Source: Ferruginibacter sp. (GTDB lineage: Bacteria > Bacteroidota > Bacteroidia > Chitinophagales > Chitinophagaceae). Taken from it: 56,787 nucleotides of DNA. The notes below the pieces were generated by a model. The model was given only the letters and a program-made list of their open reading frames with translations. It had not been told where the DNA came from and made no database searches. Of this stretch, positions 38,251-47,686 are shown in pieces; the stretch's first letter is position 1; the number at the start of each line of letters is the position of its first letter. The position numbers and the translations under genes are program-made. Where the stretch lies: NCBI GenBank assembly GCA_039926825.1, contig JBDSWG010000145.1:1-56787 (forward strand). The letters are read 5' to 3'.

Positions 38251-39243
38251 CTATGCCGCATTTGTAATTTGCTGTGGGCTGACCGGCGGCAACATAAACT
38301 GCCGGGCTATGCGATAGTAATTTTTCATTTTCAAAATGGGATTGTAGCTTGTTTTTCTTTGCAGCCGTTGTACAACAACAGATGGTGTTACTGCATAATT
38401 GTTTATAACTGCATGGTACAATGGCCAGCAAATGAAAGACAGTTTTTTCATCCTGTCAGATTTTTGAAAAAATAAAACAGCGCCGGAAAGGGCAATAAAA
38501 AAACATAAGTAATTTATGAATGCATAGGCTTTTTTTGAATGTTTAGATTGGTGAATTTGCCAGCGGTTACGTACGTAATAGTAAACTTTCCATTGTTCTT
38601 TAAAGTCCCAGTCCCGCCGGTAATTAAAAGCTGAAGGCGGGTGATAGTGCAGGCTAGTGGTAACGGTATAAACCGGGAAAGCATACTTCCTCGTAATCCT
38701 GTTGAAATATTCTGATTCATCTCCCCATACAAAAAGAGAAGTTTTGGGCAATCCGGCTTTTTCAATAATAGCACGTGGAATTAAAGTACCATTAAAGGGG
38801 TGCCCAAAATCTTTAACCAGGATTTCTTTTGCTTCATCAATAGTTCTATACTCAGCCGTTTTCCATACAAAAGATTTTTTGTCTTCTATATTGATAACGG
38901 CGCAATTAAGCAATGCCGTTTCTACAGGCGCTTGAAGGAGCAGTTGTTCAAGTGCATTTTCCTGCGGATAACCATCGTCATCCATACACCAAACCCAACT
39001 GCAACCCGCCTGGAAAGCCCACTGGATACCAGTATTGAAGCCGCCTGCGGAACCACAGTTAAACTGGTTTATAGTGACCACATCCGTTTGCGTGGCCAGC
39101 CATTTTGCGGTGCCGTCCGTACTGCCGTTGTTCACCACGAGGATGACGTCCGGCCGCCGGCTTTGTTGTCGCAACGCCTGGAGACATTCAGCCAATAAGT
39201 GTCGCCTGTTATAGGTGACCACTACGGCTACAACTTTTTCCAT
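38251..39243 (-). CDS. Glycosyltransferase family 2 (possible galactofuranosyltransferase)
   Basis: VVVTYNRR, VVNNGSTDGT, GSAGGF, WCMDDDG, HPFNG, WGDESEY, YYYVRN. Next to glf. Likely start MEKVVA at 39243. Confidence 0.88.
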   Translation of the reverse strand: MEKVVAVVVTYNRRHLLAECLQALRQQSRRPDVILVVNNGSTDGTAKWLATQTDVVTINQFNCGSAGGFNTGIQWAFQAGCSWVWCMDDDGYPQENALEQLLLQAPVETALLNCAVINIEDKKSFVWKTAEYRTIDEAKEILVKDFGHPFNGTLIPRAIIEKAGLPKTSLFVWGDESEYFNRITRKYAFPVYTVTTSLHYHPPSAFNYRRDWDFKEQWKVYYYVRNRWQIHQSKHSKKAYAFINYLCFFIALSGAVLFFQKSDRMKKLSFICWPLYHAVINNYAVTPSVVVQRLQRKTSYNPILKMKNYYRIARQFMLPPVSPQQITNAA

Positions 39244-39458
39244 AAGGGTTAATTTGGTTTTAAACTGAATACTGGATACTATTAGATAACGAGGCAGATA
39301 TGCGGATATTGCCTCTGCGTATTTATCCACCAGGCTAAAAAACTAGGGAAAACGATGAAATGCAAGCCGGTATGGAAAAAGTAAAAAAAAGCAGGATAAA
39401 TAATATTTTTCCACATGTCCGGGATGCGAAAAACTACTAGCAGCAGATCGTAATTTAA

Positions 39459-40622
39459 CTATAGAAAAAGGTTAGAAGGAAATATAGGCAAGGCTGTTTT
39501 ACTACGTATGGCAGCTGTAAAATCGCCTGCCATGCTTAAGGCTTCCCCTATTACGTGGTGCATATCCATATAGCGGTATGTAGCCAGGCGGCCCAGGAAG
39601 GAAACACCCTTTTCTGCAACAGCATCTTCCCGGTATTTTTTCAATAAAATTTTATCATCTTCCAGGCATTTGGGATAATAGGGAATATCCGACGTGCCGG
39701 TTTCTTTGCTATATTCTTTAAAATAAATAGTTTTATCAAATTGTTGCCAGGGACTAAAGTGTTTGTGTTCTGTAATACGGGTGTAAGGAATATCTTCATC
39801 GCAATAATTCATTTGGGCCGTGCCCTGGTAGTCGCCTTCTTCCTGGAATTTTTCGAAAGTAACTGTACGGTAACCCAGGCGGCCATAACGGTGATGGAAA
39901 TACGCATCTAAGGGTCCGGTATAAAAAACATGAGTGAATGTTTCCAGGTTTTCTTTACCGGGCTTAAATATCCTGTTTAAAAAAACCTGTATCCTGGGAG
40001 ATGCAACCATAGCCTGCATCACAGCCGTATAGCCCTTCTCCGGTATGCCTGTGTAAGCGTGTGCATGGTAGTTATCATCATAATTAAAACGAACCGGTAT
40101 ACGTTTTAAAATGGAGGCCGGCAGGAGAGATGGTTCACAGCCCCATTGCTTTTTCGTGTAGCCGTAGAAGAAAGCCTTGTACAACTCGGGGCCAATAAAT
40201 TGCAGGGCCTGTTCTTCAAAGTTCTTTGGATCATTTATAGATTTATCGGTCAGGCTCTTTAAAAATTCCTTTGCTTCCTGCGGGGAAAAACTTTTATTGA
40301 AAAACTGGTTGATGGTCCCCAGGTTTACTGGCAGGGAATAAATGCTCCCGTTACTGTTCGCCTTCACGCGGTGTACATACGGATGAAAATGGCCAAAGCT
40401 ATTTACATAATCCCAAATATCTTTTTTATCTGTATTAAAAATATGCGGCCCATACTGGTGTACCATGATGCCGGTTTCTTTATCTTTTTCAGTGTGGCAG
40501 TTTCCCCCGACGTGGCTGCGCTCATCCCAGATCTCTATGGTACAATCCAGGTTTTCTGCCAGTTGTTGTGCCAATACAGAACCAGAGAACCCGGCACCAA
40601 TAATGAGAAATTTATGATCCAT
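39459..40622 (-). CDS. glf: UDP-galactopyranose mutase
   Basis: IIGAGFSG, HVGGNC, HQYGPHIFNT, GYTKKQWG, TRITEHKHF, PYYP, GRLATYRYMDM. Confidence 0.96.
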   Translation of the reverse strand: MDHKFLIIGAGFSGSVLAQQLAENLDCTIEIWDERSHVGGNCHTEKDKETGIMVHQYGPHIFNTDKKDIWDYVNSFGHFHPYVHRVKANSNGSIYSLPVNLGTINQFFNKSFSPQEAKEFLKSLTDKSINDPKNFEEQALQFIGPELYKAFFYGYTKKQWGCEPSLLPASILKRIPVRFNYDDNYHAHAYTGIPEKGYTAVMQAMVASPRIQVFLNRIFKPGKENLETFTHVFYTGPLDAYFHHRYGRLGYRTVTFEKFQEEGDYQGTAQMNYCDEDIPYTRITEHKHFSPWQQFDKTIYFKEYSKETGTSDIPYYPKCLEDDKILLKKYREDAVAEKGVSFLGRLATYRYMDMHHVIGEALSMAGDFTAAIRSKTALPIFPSNLFL

Positions 40623-40678
40623 CTGCAGGAAAGAAAATTAAGTAAATTGATAAACTGCAATTTGCCCGGTATATTGCC

Positions 40679-41926
40679 TCAAACTTCTTCTTGCGAAAAT
40701 ATTTCTGAGTAAATAGACCGGTATTTTAGAACAGCATGCTGAAGTGCATAAAATTTCATGGCCCCAGTGCGGATGCTTCCCGGCTCAAAACTACGACTAT
40801 ACATTTCTTTTGCAGCACGGGTCATTTCGTCATCAGAAAAATTTTTTAATAAAATACCGGAGTTAAATTCTTCTATTATTTCCGACACATCTCCCACTCC
40901 CTTGTTCGTAATGAGGGGAATATCCATGGCCATAATTTCTGCATGCTTGGTAGGTGAAGATGAAATTTTTGAATAACAGGGCTTAATAAAGAATAAGGAA
41001 AATTTACTGAGGGAAAGCAACAAGGGAACTTCATGACGGGAAGCGGCATAGGTAATTATTTTTGTAGCCGGAATCCCACACGATGTTGCCATTTGCATGA
41101 TGCCTTCATGATTGTAAGGACTAATAAATAAAAATTTTGCCTGTGGCCGCTGTAGGTAAATTTTATAACACATCTGCAGCATTTCTTTTGTAAGATACCA
41201 ACCCCCTACAGAACCCAGGTAACTGATGACTTCATCTGCGGGGTCAATACCGAGTTCCTTCCTTATGCTATCCCGCATCTCTTCCGTAATGGATTCCGGG
41301 TTAAATAATTCCAGGTCTACACTGCAGGGAATTACTTCCAGCTTCAGCGGGTTTTTCTTAATATTGCTCCACTCCAGAATTTCCTTTTTTGCTGCCTGCG
41401 TTAGGCAGACATTATAATCTGCTTCTTCCAGACATTCATATTCATGATTTTTAAAAAAATTATAAATGCGCCGGTACAATGGTTTGTCCAGGTTCCACAT
41501 TCCTCCATCTACTCTTTCATCTGCCCAAAAACCGCGGATATCATTCAGAAAACGAATGCCTTTATATTTCTTTAACCACAAGCCTGCCAGTGCCGGTACA
41601 CCGGGCCGGGTATGCACTAAATGAAAGGGATTTTTCCTATGCAGTTCTACAGCTTTTTTGCGAAGCATATAGTAATCATAAACAGAAGAAATAACCGGCG
41701 GAAATTTATGATAGGGCAAGCTGATCCAGGTGATGGGAAAACCCTCAAGGCTTTTGCTGACATGATGCTGGTGCGCAACATATCTTTCTTTTTTATCGCA
41801 ACTTAAAATTGTAAAATGATAACCAAATGCCGTCAGCCCTTTAAGATAAGGTATAACCTGGCTTTGACCCAGGGGGTCTGTCATGCCATCGTAAGAGATA
41901 AATAAAATGTTTTTGATCCCTTCCAA
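40679..41926 (-). CDS. Glycosyltransferase family 4 (TTG start)
   Basis: SYDGMTDPLGQSQV, DIRGFWADER, IPCSVD, YLGSVGGWY, SSPTKHAEIMAM. Confidence 0.88.
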   Translation of the reverse strand: MEGIKNILFISYDGMTDPLGQSQVIPYLKGLTAFGYHFTILSCDKKERYVAHQHHVSKSLEGFPITWISLPYHKFPPVISSVYDYYMLRKKAVELHRKNPFHLVHTRPGVPALAGLWLKKYKGIRFLNDIRGFWADERVDGGMWNLDKPLYRRIYNFFKNHEYECLEEADYNVCLTQAAKKEILEWSNIKKNPLKLEVIPCSVDLELFNPESITEEMRDSIRKELGIDPADEVISYLGSVGGWYLTKEMLQMCYKIYLQRPQAKFLFISPYNHEGIMQMATSCGIPATKIITYAASRHEVPLLLSLSKFSLFFIKPCYSKISSSPTKHAEIMAMDIPLITNKGVGDVSEIIEEFNSGILLKNFSDDEMTRAAKEMYSRSFEPGSIRTGAMKFYALQHAVLKYRSIYSEIFSQEEV

Positions 41927-41953
41927 TAATTAATTTTTAGTTGGATGTAGGTT

Positions 41954-43870
41954 TTATGCCACGGCCGGTTTCATCCACTTGTCATACCACATCTGGAAAA
42001 CAAGAAGATGCCATATTTTTTCTGCACGTTCTTTTTTGCCGTTGTAGAAAGAATCCTTCATTTTTTTAATTTCTGCCGGTTGAAAAATATGCTGAGACTT
42101 TATATAATCTTCAGCCAGGAATGTTTCTACCAAAGGCCGGAGATCATTCGTCAGCCAGGTGGCAATGGGAATACCGAAGCCCATTTTTGGCCTGTCCATT
42201 AGCTCTTTCGGAATATATTTATGTACGATCTCTTTAATAATAAATTTCTTATTGCCGTTATTGTATTTGTATTCCATAGGCAGGCGGGCCGCCCATTCTA
42301 TAATCCGCTGGTCCAGGAAAGGTTCTCTTCCTTCCAGGCTAACGCTCATGGTTGCACGATCTACTTTTTGGAGAATATCATCCAGCAGGTAGGTCTGGTA
42401 ATCAATCGCCATAATGAATGGCAGGGTGCTGTTATATTCATCTTTCAGTTCTTTACTATCAAACGCAGTAGAGAGGCCGGATACGGGTGCCAGCAAAAGC
42501 CGGGAAACATCCTCATCATCCATTTGGCGGGAAAGACTCATCATTACATTCTTCCGCGAAGAATCTTTAAGCAACCCTTTCAGCTTTTCATAGCGGCTGT
42601 GAAATAAATATTTTTTATTGAGAACAGGTATCGCATCTGCAGGTATCATATTCATAACGCCAGCGGCAGTTTTACGCAGCGCCGCTGGTATAGCTTCCAG
42701 CTTGCGGCCATATTTCATAATATAATCGTAGCGGTTATACCCGGCAAAAATTTCATCTCCGGCATCGGCAGATAAGGCCACCGTTACTTTTTCGCGGGCA
42801 ATACGGCTAACCAATGTTGTAGGTATCGCACTGCTGTCAGCAAAAGGCTCATCATAAAAATGTGGTAGCTCCGGAACTATTTCCAGGGCTTCTTTTTCCG
42901 TACAATAGTATTCTGTATGATCCGTCCCCAGGTGTTTAGCCACATCTTTTGCATAAGGCGCTTCATTGAGCCCCGCATCCGGTACGCCTATTGTAAAAGT
43001 CTTTAGTTTTTCTGTACTGTCTGCCTGCAATAATGCAGTAACGCAGCTACTGTCATACCCGCCACTAAGGAAAACGCCTACTGGCACATCACTGACCATT
43101 CTGTAGTTAAAGGCACTTTTTAATAAAGATTCTGTTTCGGTTATGGCATCGGGCAAGCTGATATCCAGCGGAGGCTGGTTATAAGCATCGTAAACATTCC
43201 AATATTGTTTTATCACCTGTTTTTTTGCGGCCAGGTCCAACATCAGGTAATGACCGGGCTTTAGCTTCCAGGTATTATTAAAAATACAATGCGGGGTGGG
43301 CACATAACCATACTGCATATACGCAGCGAGGGCATCAGTATTTAATTCTCTTTTATATGCCGGGTGCTTCACCAGGGCTTTCAGTTCGGAGCCAAAAAGA
43401 AATACTTCCTGCTGCCAGCTATAAAAAAATGGTTTTACCCCTGCACGATCCCGGCAGGCAAAAAGTTGATTCTTATCTTTATCAAGAATAACAAATGCAA
43501 ACATGCCGATGAAGTGCGACAATGAATCTGGCCCCCACTCTTCATAAGCGTGTAGAATAACTTCTGTATCACTATGTGTATGAAAACTATGACCCAGTGG
43601 AACCAACTTTTCTTTTACTTCCTGGTAGTTGTACATCTCACCATTAAAAACAATGCAGAAATTCTTATACCACATAGGCTGACTGGCATCTGAACTCAGG
43701 TCAATAATAGACAACCGGCGGTGGCCAAGACCGACCTGCGTACCGCCAACAGTTTCTAACGCCTGACCCTGGCCGTCCGGGCCGCGGTGAGCAATAGCAG
43801 CCGCCATACCCTTAAGAATTTCTACTGAAGACGCTGACTTAAAATCTACAAACCCGGCTATCCCACACAT
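41954..43870 (-). CDS. asnB: Asparagine synthase (glutamine-hydrolysing)-family amidotransferase, probably glycan-modifying
   Basis: MCGIAG N-terminal Cys, HRGPD, GHRRLSIIDL, FNGEMYN, SDTEV, FLSGGYDSS, KVDRATM, KMGFGIP. Confidence 0.93.
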   Translation of the reverse strand: MCGIAGFVDFKSASSVEILKGMAAAIAHRGPDGQGQALETVGGTQVGLGHRRLSIIDLSSDASQPMWYKNFCIVFNGEMYNYQEVKEKLVPLGHSFHTHSDTEVILHAYEEWGPDSLSHFIGMFAFVILDKDKNQLFACRDRAGVKPFFYSWQQEVFLFGSELKALVKHPAYKRELNTDALAAYMQYGYVPTPHCIFNNTWKLKPGHYLMLDLAAKKQVIKQYWNVYDAYNQPPLDISLPDAITETESLLKSAFNYRMVSDVPVGVFLSGGYDSSCVTALLQADSTEKLKTFTIGVPDAGLNEAPYAKDVAKHLGTDHTEYYCTEKEALEIVPELPHFYDEPFADSSAIPTTLVSRIAREKVTVALSADAGDEIFAGYNRYDYIMKYGRKLEAIPAALRKTAAGVMNMIPADAIPVLNKKYLFHSRYEKLKGLLKDSSRKNVMMSLSRQMDDEDVSRLLLAPVSGLSTAFDSKELKDEYNSTLPFIMAIDYQTYLLDDILQKVDRATMSVSLEGREPFLDQRIIEWAARLPMEYKYNNGNKKFIIKEIVHKYIPKELMDRPKMGFGIPIATWLTNDLRPLVETFLAEDYIKSQHIFQPAEIKKMKDSFYNGKKERAEKIWHLLVFQMWYDKWMKPAVA

Positions 43871-43896
43871 ATGTTTTTCTCTTAAAATTAATTGCG

Positions 43897-43904
43897 CAAA
43901 TTTA
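43897..43904 (-). promoter_or_regulatory. Bacteroidota -7 promoter element TAAATTTG for asnB
   Basis: CAAATTTA on the + strand, 26 nt upstream of the ATG. Confidence 0.5.
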
Positions 43905-43909
43905 CAGAA

Positions 43910-44980
43910 TTAATGGGCGTTTATTTGATTATTATAAATATTACGCAGGGCATTTATATGTTTTATACGGGAATAGTTTTGCTGAAAAAGTTCCAAAGCT
44001 TTCATAGCCATTTCAGCACGCAGCGCAGATTGGGATTGAAATTTTTGCAAGGTTTCCAGGAAGCCCTCTTTACTTACCTGAATGTGAAAATATGTAGCTG
44101 TTTCACCACATTGCTCCCGGAAAGAAGCAATATCATTTAGCAGTAAAGGAATACCGGTACCCATAGCTTCTAAAATAGAAAGAGAAAATCCTTCCACTGC
44201 GGAGCCGGATATATACCCATCATATTGGGGCAATACCTCTTCGATATTATCAACCTCACCTTTAAGCTTAACCGCTGTTTGCCCTGCGGCCATTTTTTCC
44301 AGGCTTGTTTTTAAAGGACCGTCACCATAAATATCCAGATCAAAGCCATTGTGCTCATCTGGCCAGAGTTGTATTAAACGTTCCATATTTTTTTGAACCC
44401 TTAAAGCGCCTGTGCAGACAAAGCGAAATCTTCCTTCAGTATCCAGGTTGATTTTATGTTGTATTTTTTCTTCGTCCACAAAAGTATAAATAACTTCTGC
44501 CTGCTGTGATGATGCGGGAATTAGACTGATATAATCTTTCAAAACACCCTCTGAAACAGCAATGATGTAAGAAGGCCTTTTGCGAAAACTATATTTATCT
44601 AGCAAGCGGATATATTTTTTTTTATAATCGCCGGCGGAACCCACTGATGTGTGTATAGTAGTTACCAAGGGTATTTCTTTGCGCACAGAGACGCGGCAAA
44701 GAATCGTGGGCCAGTAGAGATGGCTATGAACCAACACTGGTTTTTCCATGCGTATTAATTTTCGAAAATTGTTTCGGAGCAAGGGTAATTGTTTTGTATT
44801 CTTCATACCCAGAGAAATATGTCTGCAATTGCCGGGTAAATGAGCAAAATGATTATCATCTGCCAGGGTAACCACTACGTGATTGTATTCCGTCAACTCC
44901 TTCAAAGTAGCCAGCAGCATAGTTTCAGCACCGCCGCGGCCCAGGCTGTAAATACAATGTAAGATGGTTTTCTTTCCCAA
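43910..44980 (-). CDS. Glycosyltransferase family 4 (TTG start)
   Basis: SLGRGGAE, VHSHL, IAVSEGV, GALRVQKN, YGDGPL, EGFSLSILEAMGTG. Confidence 0.9.
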   Translation of the reverse strand: MGKKTILHCIYSLGRGGAETMLLATLKELTEYNHVVVTLADDNHFAHLPGNCRHISLGMKNTKQLPLLRNNFRKLIRMEKPVLVHSHLYWPTILCRVSVRKEIPLVTTIHTSVGSAGDYKKKYIRLLDKYSFRKRPSYIIAVSEGVLKDYISLIPASSQQAEVIYTFVDEEKIQHKINLDTEGRFRFVCTGALRVQKNMERLIQLWPDEHNGFDLDIYGDGPLKTSLEKMAAGQTAVKLKGEVDNIEEVLPQYDGYISGSAVEGFSLSILEAMGTGIPLLLNDIASFREQCGETATYFHIQVSKEGFLETLQKFQSQSALRAEMAMKALELFQQNYSRIKHINALRNIYNNQINAH

Positions 44981-44992
44981 TTTTACTTCAGA

Positions 44993-46294
44993 TTAAACAT
45001 TGGAAAATAAAGAACTTGACGCTGTTTTCTTCCAGTAAGGCTTTGAAATCCATATTGATAACACTAAGACGATTGCATATACGAGCATAACAGAAAATGC
45101 AGCGCCGGGTGCCTGCCAATGCGAAATGAAATAATAATTACAGCCCAGGCTCAGCACTGTACTGGCAGAAGAAATAATAAGGAGACGGCGTTTATCTTTA
45201 TGATAAAGTAAAAAAGAATAGAAAAAATAGCTGATGCCCCAGAAGAAAAATCCTATACACAGCATAAACTGGTATTGAAGGGCAACTGCATAACGCTCAT
45301 GTATAAACGTTTTGTATGCCCAGGGTGTGAGCAACATGAGCAACAGCAAAGCGGTAATCATCGCAGAAAGATAGCCTTTAAAATGTTTCTTTATTTGCTC
45401 CCTGTTATCCCCGGATTTAGAGAGCAAGCTATAAATTTTAGGAAAAATATATTGCAACATGGCCATGCTGAAAACATTGATGACCAATGCAAAAGTGGAG
45501 GCAATGCTATAAATCCCTACTGTAGCAGCATGATCATTAGTAAATGAAGCCAGGAAAAAACGGTCAGAGGCACTCATACAAAAAATACTGCCCTGCATAA
45601 GGATAACAGGAAAGGCATACAACAATTCTTTGCGCAAAAGTTGTTTTTTTATTTTACCGAAAATGTACCTGTTTTTTTTAAAATAATAAAATGCATATAC
45701 CCCTATAGCCAGGTAAGAAATGAACATACCGGCAACACGCCCCTGCCAGCGCCAGGCCAGGAAGACGACAAGAAATGCCGATAAACCTAATTCAATTATC
45801 GTTTTAAATACATTCGCCTTCACATAAATACCCGGTTGATCACTATTACGGGCAAGGCTTAGCAATTGTTCATTACAAAAAGTAAGAAAGGCAATGACGG
45901 GTATAAGTAGGAGAAAATTAGAAGGAATGCCAAAGCGGGCTTGCAGCGAATCCCGGAAAACAAATATGGCTGCTATCGATATAACCATCATCACCACGGG
46001 TAATACAAAGCCGGACGTAAAAACATCCTGGAAGTCTTTTTTAGAAAGCCGGAAAAAATCTGCACTGGCAGCATGTATAATGCCCATGGAAAGAAAGGGC
46101 ATGAGAAAAAGTATGCCATTACTGAAAAGGCTTAATACGCCATTTTCTCCGGGTGTAATATAAAATGGGTTTGTGAAGACAAAGAGTAATAAAAAACCTG
46201 CCGCCTTGGAAAAAAAATTGCTAAAGGTGTACATACCAATAGCACGCAACCCCGCCGGAAGGCGAAAAATTTTAATATTTGTTGTAAGGGGCAT
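44993..46294 (-). CDS. Oligosaccharide flippase (Wzx-like)
   Basis: About 12 TM segments. SDRFFL, VGIYSIA, PKIY pattern of polysaccharide export proteins. Confidence 0.82.
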   Translation of the reverse strand: MPLTTNIKIFRLPAGLRAIGMYTFSNFFSKAAGFLLLFVFTNPFYITPGENGVLSLFSNGILFLMPFLSMGIIHAASADFFRLSKKDFQDVFTSGFVLPVVMMVISIAAIFVFRDSLQARFGIPSNFLLLIPVIAFLTFCNEQLLSLARNSDQPGIYVKANVFKTIIELGLSAFLVVFLAWRWQGRVAGMFISYLAIGVYAFYYFKKNRYIFGKIKKQLLRKELLYAFPVILMQGSIFCMSASDRFFLASFTNDHAATVGIYSIASTFALVINVFSMAMLQYIFPKIYSLLSKSGDNREQIKKHFKGYLSAMITALLLLMLLTPWAYKTFIHERYAVALQYQFMLCIGFFFWGISYFFYSFLLYHKDKRRLLIISSASTVLSLGCNYYFISHWQAPGAAFSVMLVYAIVLVLSIWISKPYWKKTASSSLFSNV

Positions 46295-46357
46295 AAGGTT
46301 CTGCCCAGACAGAACGTAAAAACACGAATAATATTACACCCTGGTTAAGTGAAAAAC

Positions 46358-47218
46358 TTAACTGGACAAACTAAAAAGGTATTCCCCGTAGCCGCTTTTA
46401 CGGAGCTTTTCCGCTTGTACATGTAACTGTTCCCTGGTAATGAAACCTTTTCTCCAGGCAATTTCTTCCAGGCAACCTATTTTAAGGCCCTGCCTTTTTT
46501 CTATAACCCGCACATATTCACTGGCATCATGCAGAGAGTCAAAAGTTCCGGTATCCAACCAGGCAAAACCTCTATCCAGTACAGCCACTTTCAGGTTGCC
46601 CTGTTCCAGGTAATACTTGTTTACATCCGTAATCTCATATTCACCGCGTACGCCGGGTTTAATATTTTTTGCCACATCTACCACGCTATTATCATAAAAA
46701 TACAAGCCTGGTACGGCAAAATTACTTTTTGGCTTCGCCGGTTTTTCTTCAATACTGAGGGCCTTATAATCATTATCAAATTCTACCACACCGTAACGCT
46801 CGGGATCGCTCACTGGGTAAGCAAATATGACCGCGCCATCCGGGTTAGCGGCAGAAGATAAAAGCCTGCCAAAACCGCTGCCGTAAAAAATATTATCTCC
46901 CAGCACCAGGGCAACGCTATCCGTTCCAATAAAATCTGCACCAATAACAAATGCCTGGGCCAGGCCGTTAGGCACTTCCTGCACAGCATAATTTAAACTG
47001 CAACCCCACTGGCTACCGTCACCGAGTAAACGCTTAAACTGGGATTGGTCTTCCGGTGTTGTAATGATTAAAATATCACTTATACCGGCAAGCATTAATG
47101 TACTAAGCGGGTAATAAATCATTGGCTTATCATAAATAGGCATGAGCTGCTTACTGATGCCCATGGTAATGGGATAGAGTCTTGTACCTGAGCCGCCGGC
47201 GAGAATAATTCCTTTCAT
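46358..47218 (-). CDS. rfbA: Glucose-1-phosphate thymidylyltransferase
   Basis: [58 protein letters not shown]. Confidence 0.97.
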   Translation of the reverse strand: MKGIILAGGSGTRLYPITMGISKQLMPIYDKPMIYYPLSTLMLAGISDILIITTPEDQSQFKRLLGDGSQWGCSLNYAVQEVPNGLAQAFVIGADFIGTDSVALVLGDNIFYGSGFGRLLSSAANPDGAVIFAYPVSDPERYGVVEFDNDYKALSIEEKPAKPKSNFAVPGLYFYDNSVVDVAKNIKPGVRGEYEITDVNKYYLEQGNLKVAVLDRGFAWLDTGTFDSLHDASEYVRVIEKRQGLKIGCLEEIAWRKGFITREQLHVQAEKLRKSGYGEYLFSLSS

Positions 47219-47220
47219 TT

Positions 47221-47298
47221 AGTTTATTTATGAAGGTTTAAAATGTTTAAAGGTTTGGTTTACTGGTTTTAGATGGTTTAGGTGGTTTAGATAGTTGG
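47221..47298. repeat. Imperfect ~9-bp tandem repeats (minus strand (C/T)TAAACnnn) covering the 3' end of the four-helix-bundle gene and the spacer to rfbA
   Basis: GTTT(A/G) cores on the + strand at 47222, 47236, 47245, 47253, 47258, 47266, 47276 and 47285. They encode the tail SKPPKPSKTSKPNL. Confidence 0.75.
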
Positions 47299-47594
47299 GC
47301 TTTTTCTTGTTGAGATTTACGAAGCATCGCTATTAAATAAGTTTGCTTTTCATTTCTTTCCCTGCCTTCTATGTATACATTTGAATGTAGAAAGCCTAAT
47401 TCGTTGCAGATGATTAAATCATTTAATATTTCAATTGTACTACTATATGCTATAGTACTAAAATGTGATTGATCTTTTTTAGTTATTCTTGATGTTCCTT
47501 CTGCCAGGTTAGAAGCTATAGATATTGCAGCCCTTCTCATTTGTTGCTTTGCCTGTTGCCAGCATTCCAGTTTTTCAAAAGAATAAACTTTCAT
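47247..47594 (-). CDS. Four-helix-bundle protein (23S rRNA intervening-sequence protein / bAvd-like family), apparently internally deleted
   Basis: YSFEKLECWQ, QMRRAAISIASNLAEG, HFSTIAYSSTIE match the family. The usual segment between WQxA and QMRR is missing. Confidence 0.82.
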   Translation of the reverse strand: MKVYSFEKLECWQQAKQQMRRAAISIASNLAEGTSRITKKDQSHFSTIAYSSTIEILNDLIICNELGFLHSNVYIEGRERNEKQTYLIAMLRKSQQEKAQLSKPPKPSKTSKPNL

Positions 47595-47610
47595 GGGTTA
47601 TTTTTTTTTG

Positions 47611-47686
47611 AGATTAGGGAATTAGGTTGAGATAGAGGAGTTTAGAGCTAAACTTCTTTCCTAAACTTTTCTAAACCATACTAAAC
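47611..47686. repeat. CTAAAC x4 direct repeats facing a TTAG-rich arm (inverted arrangement) upstream of the four-helix-bundle gene
   Basis: CTAAAC at 47648, 47661, 47671 and 47681 (the last contains the rfbB stop). AGTTTAG-ag-CTAAACT dyad at 47639-47654. Confidence 0.75.

Noticed and set aside
47247-47594. Diversity-generating retroelement suggested by the Avd-like protein
   Set aside because: No reverse transcriptase and no template/variable repeat pair with adenine-specific mismatches was seen in the window.
47221-47686. CRISPR array
   Set aside because: The repeat units are only 6-10 bp, degenerate and without unique 30-40 bp spacers, and there are no cas genes.
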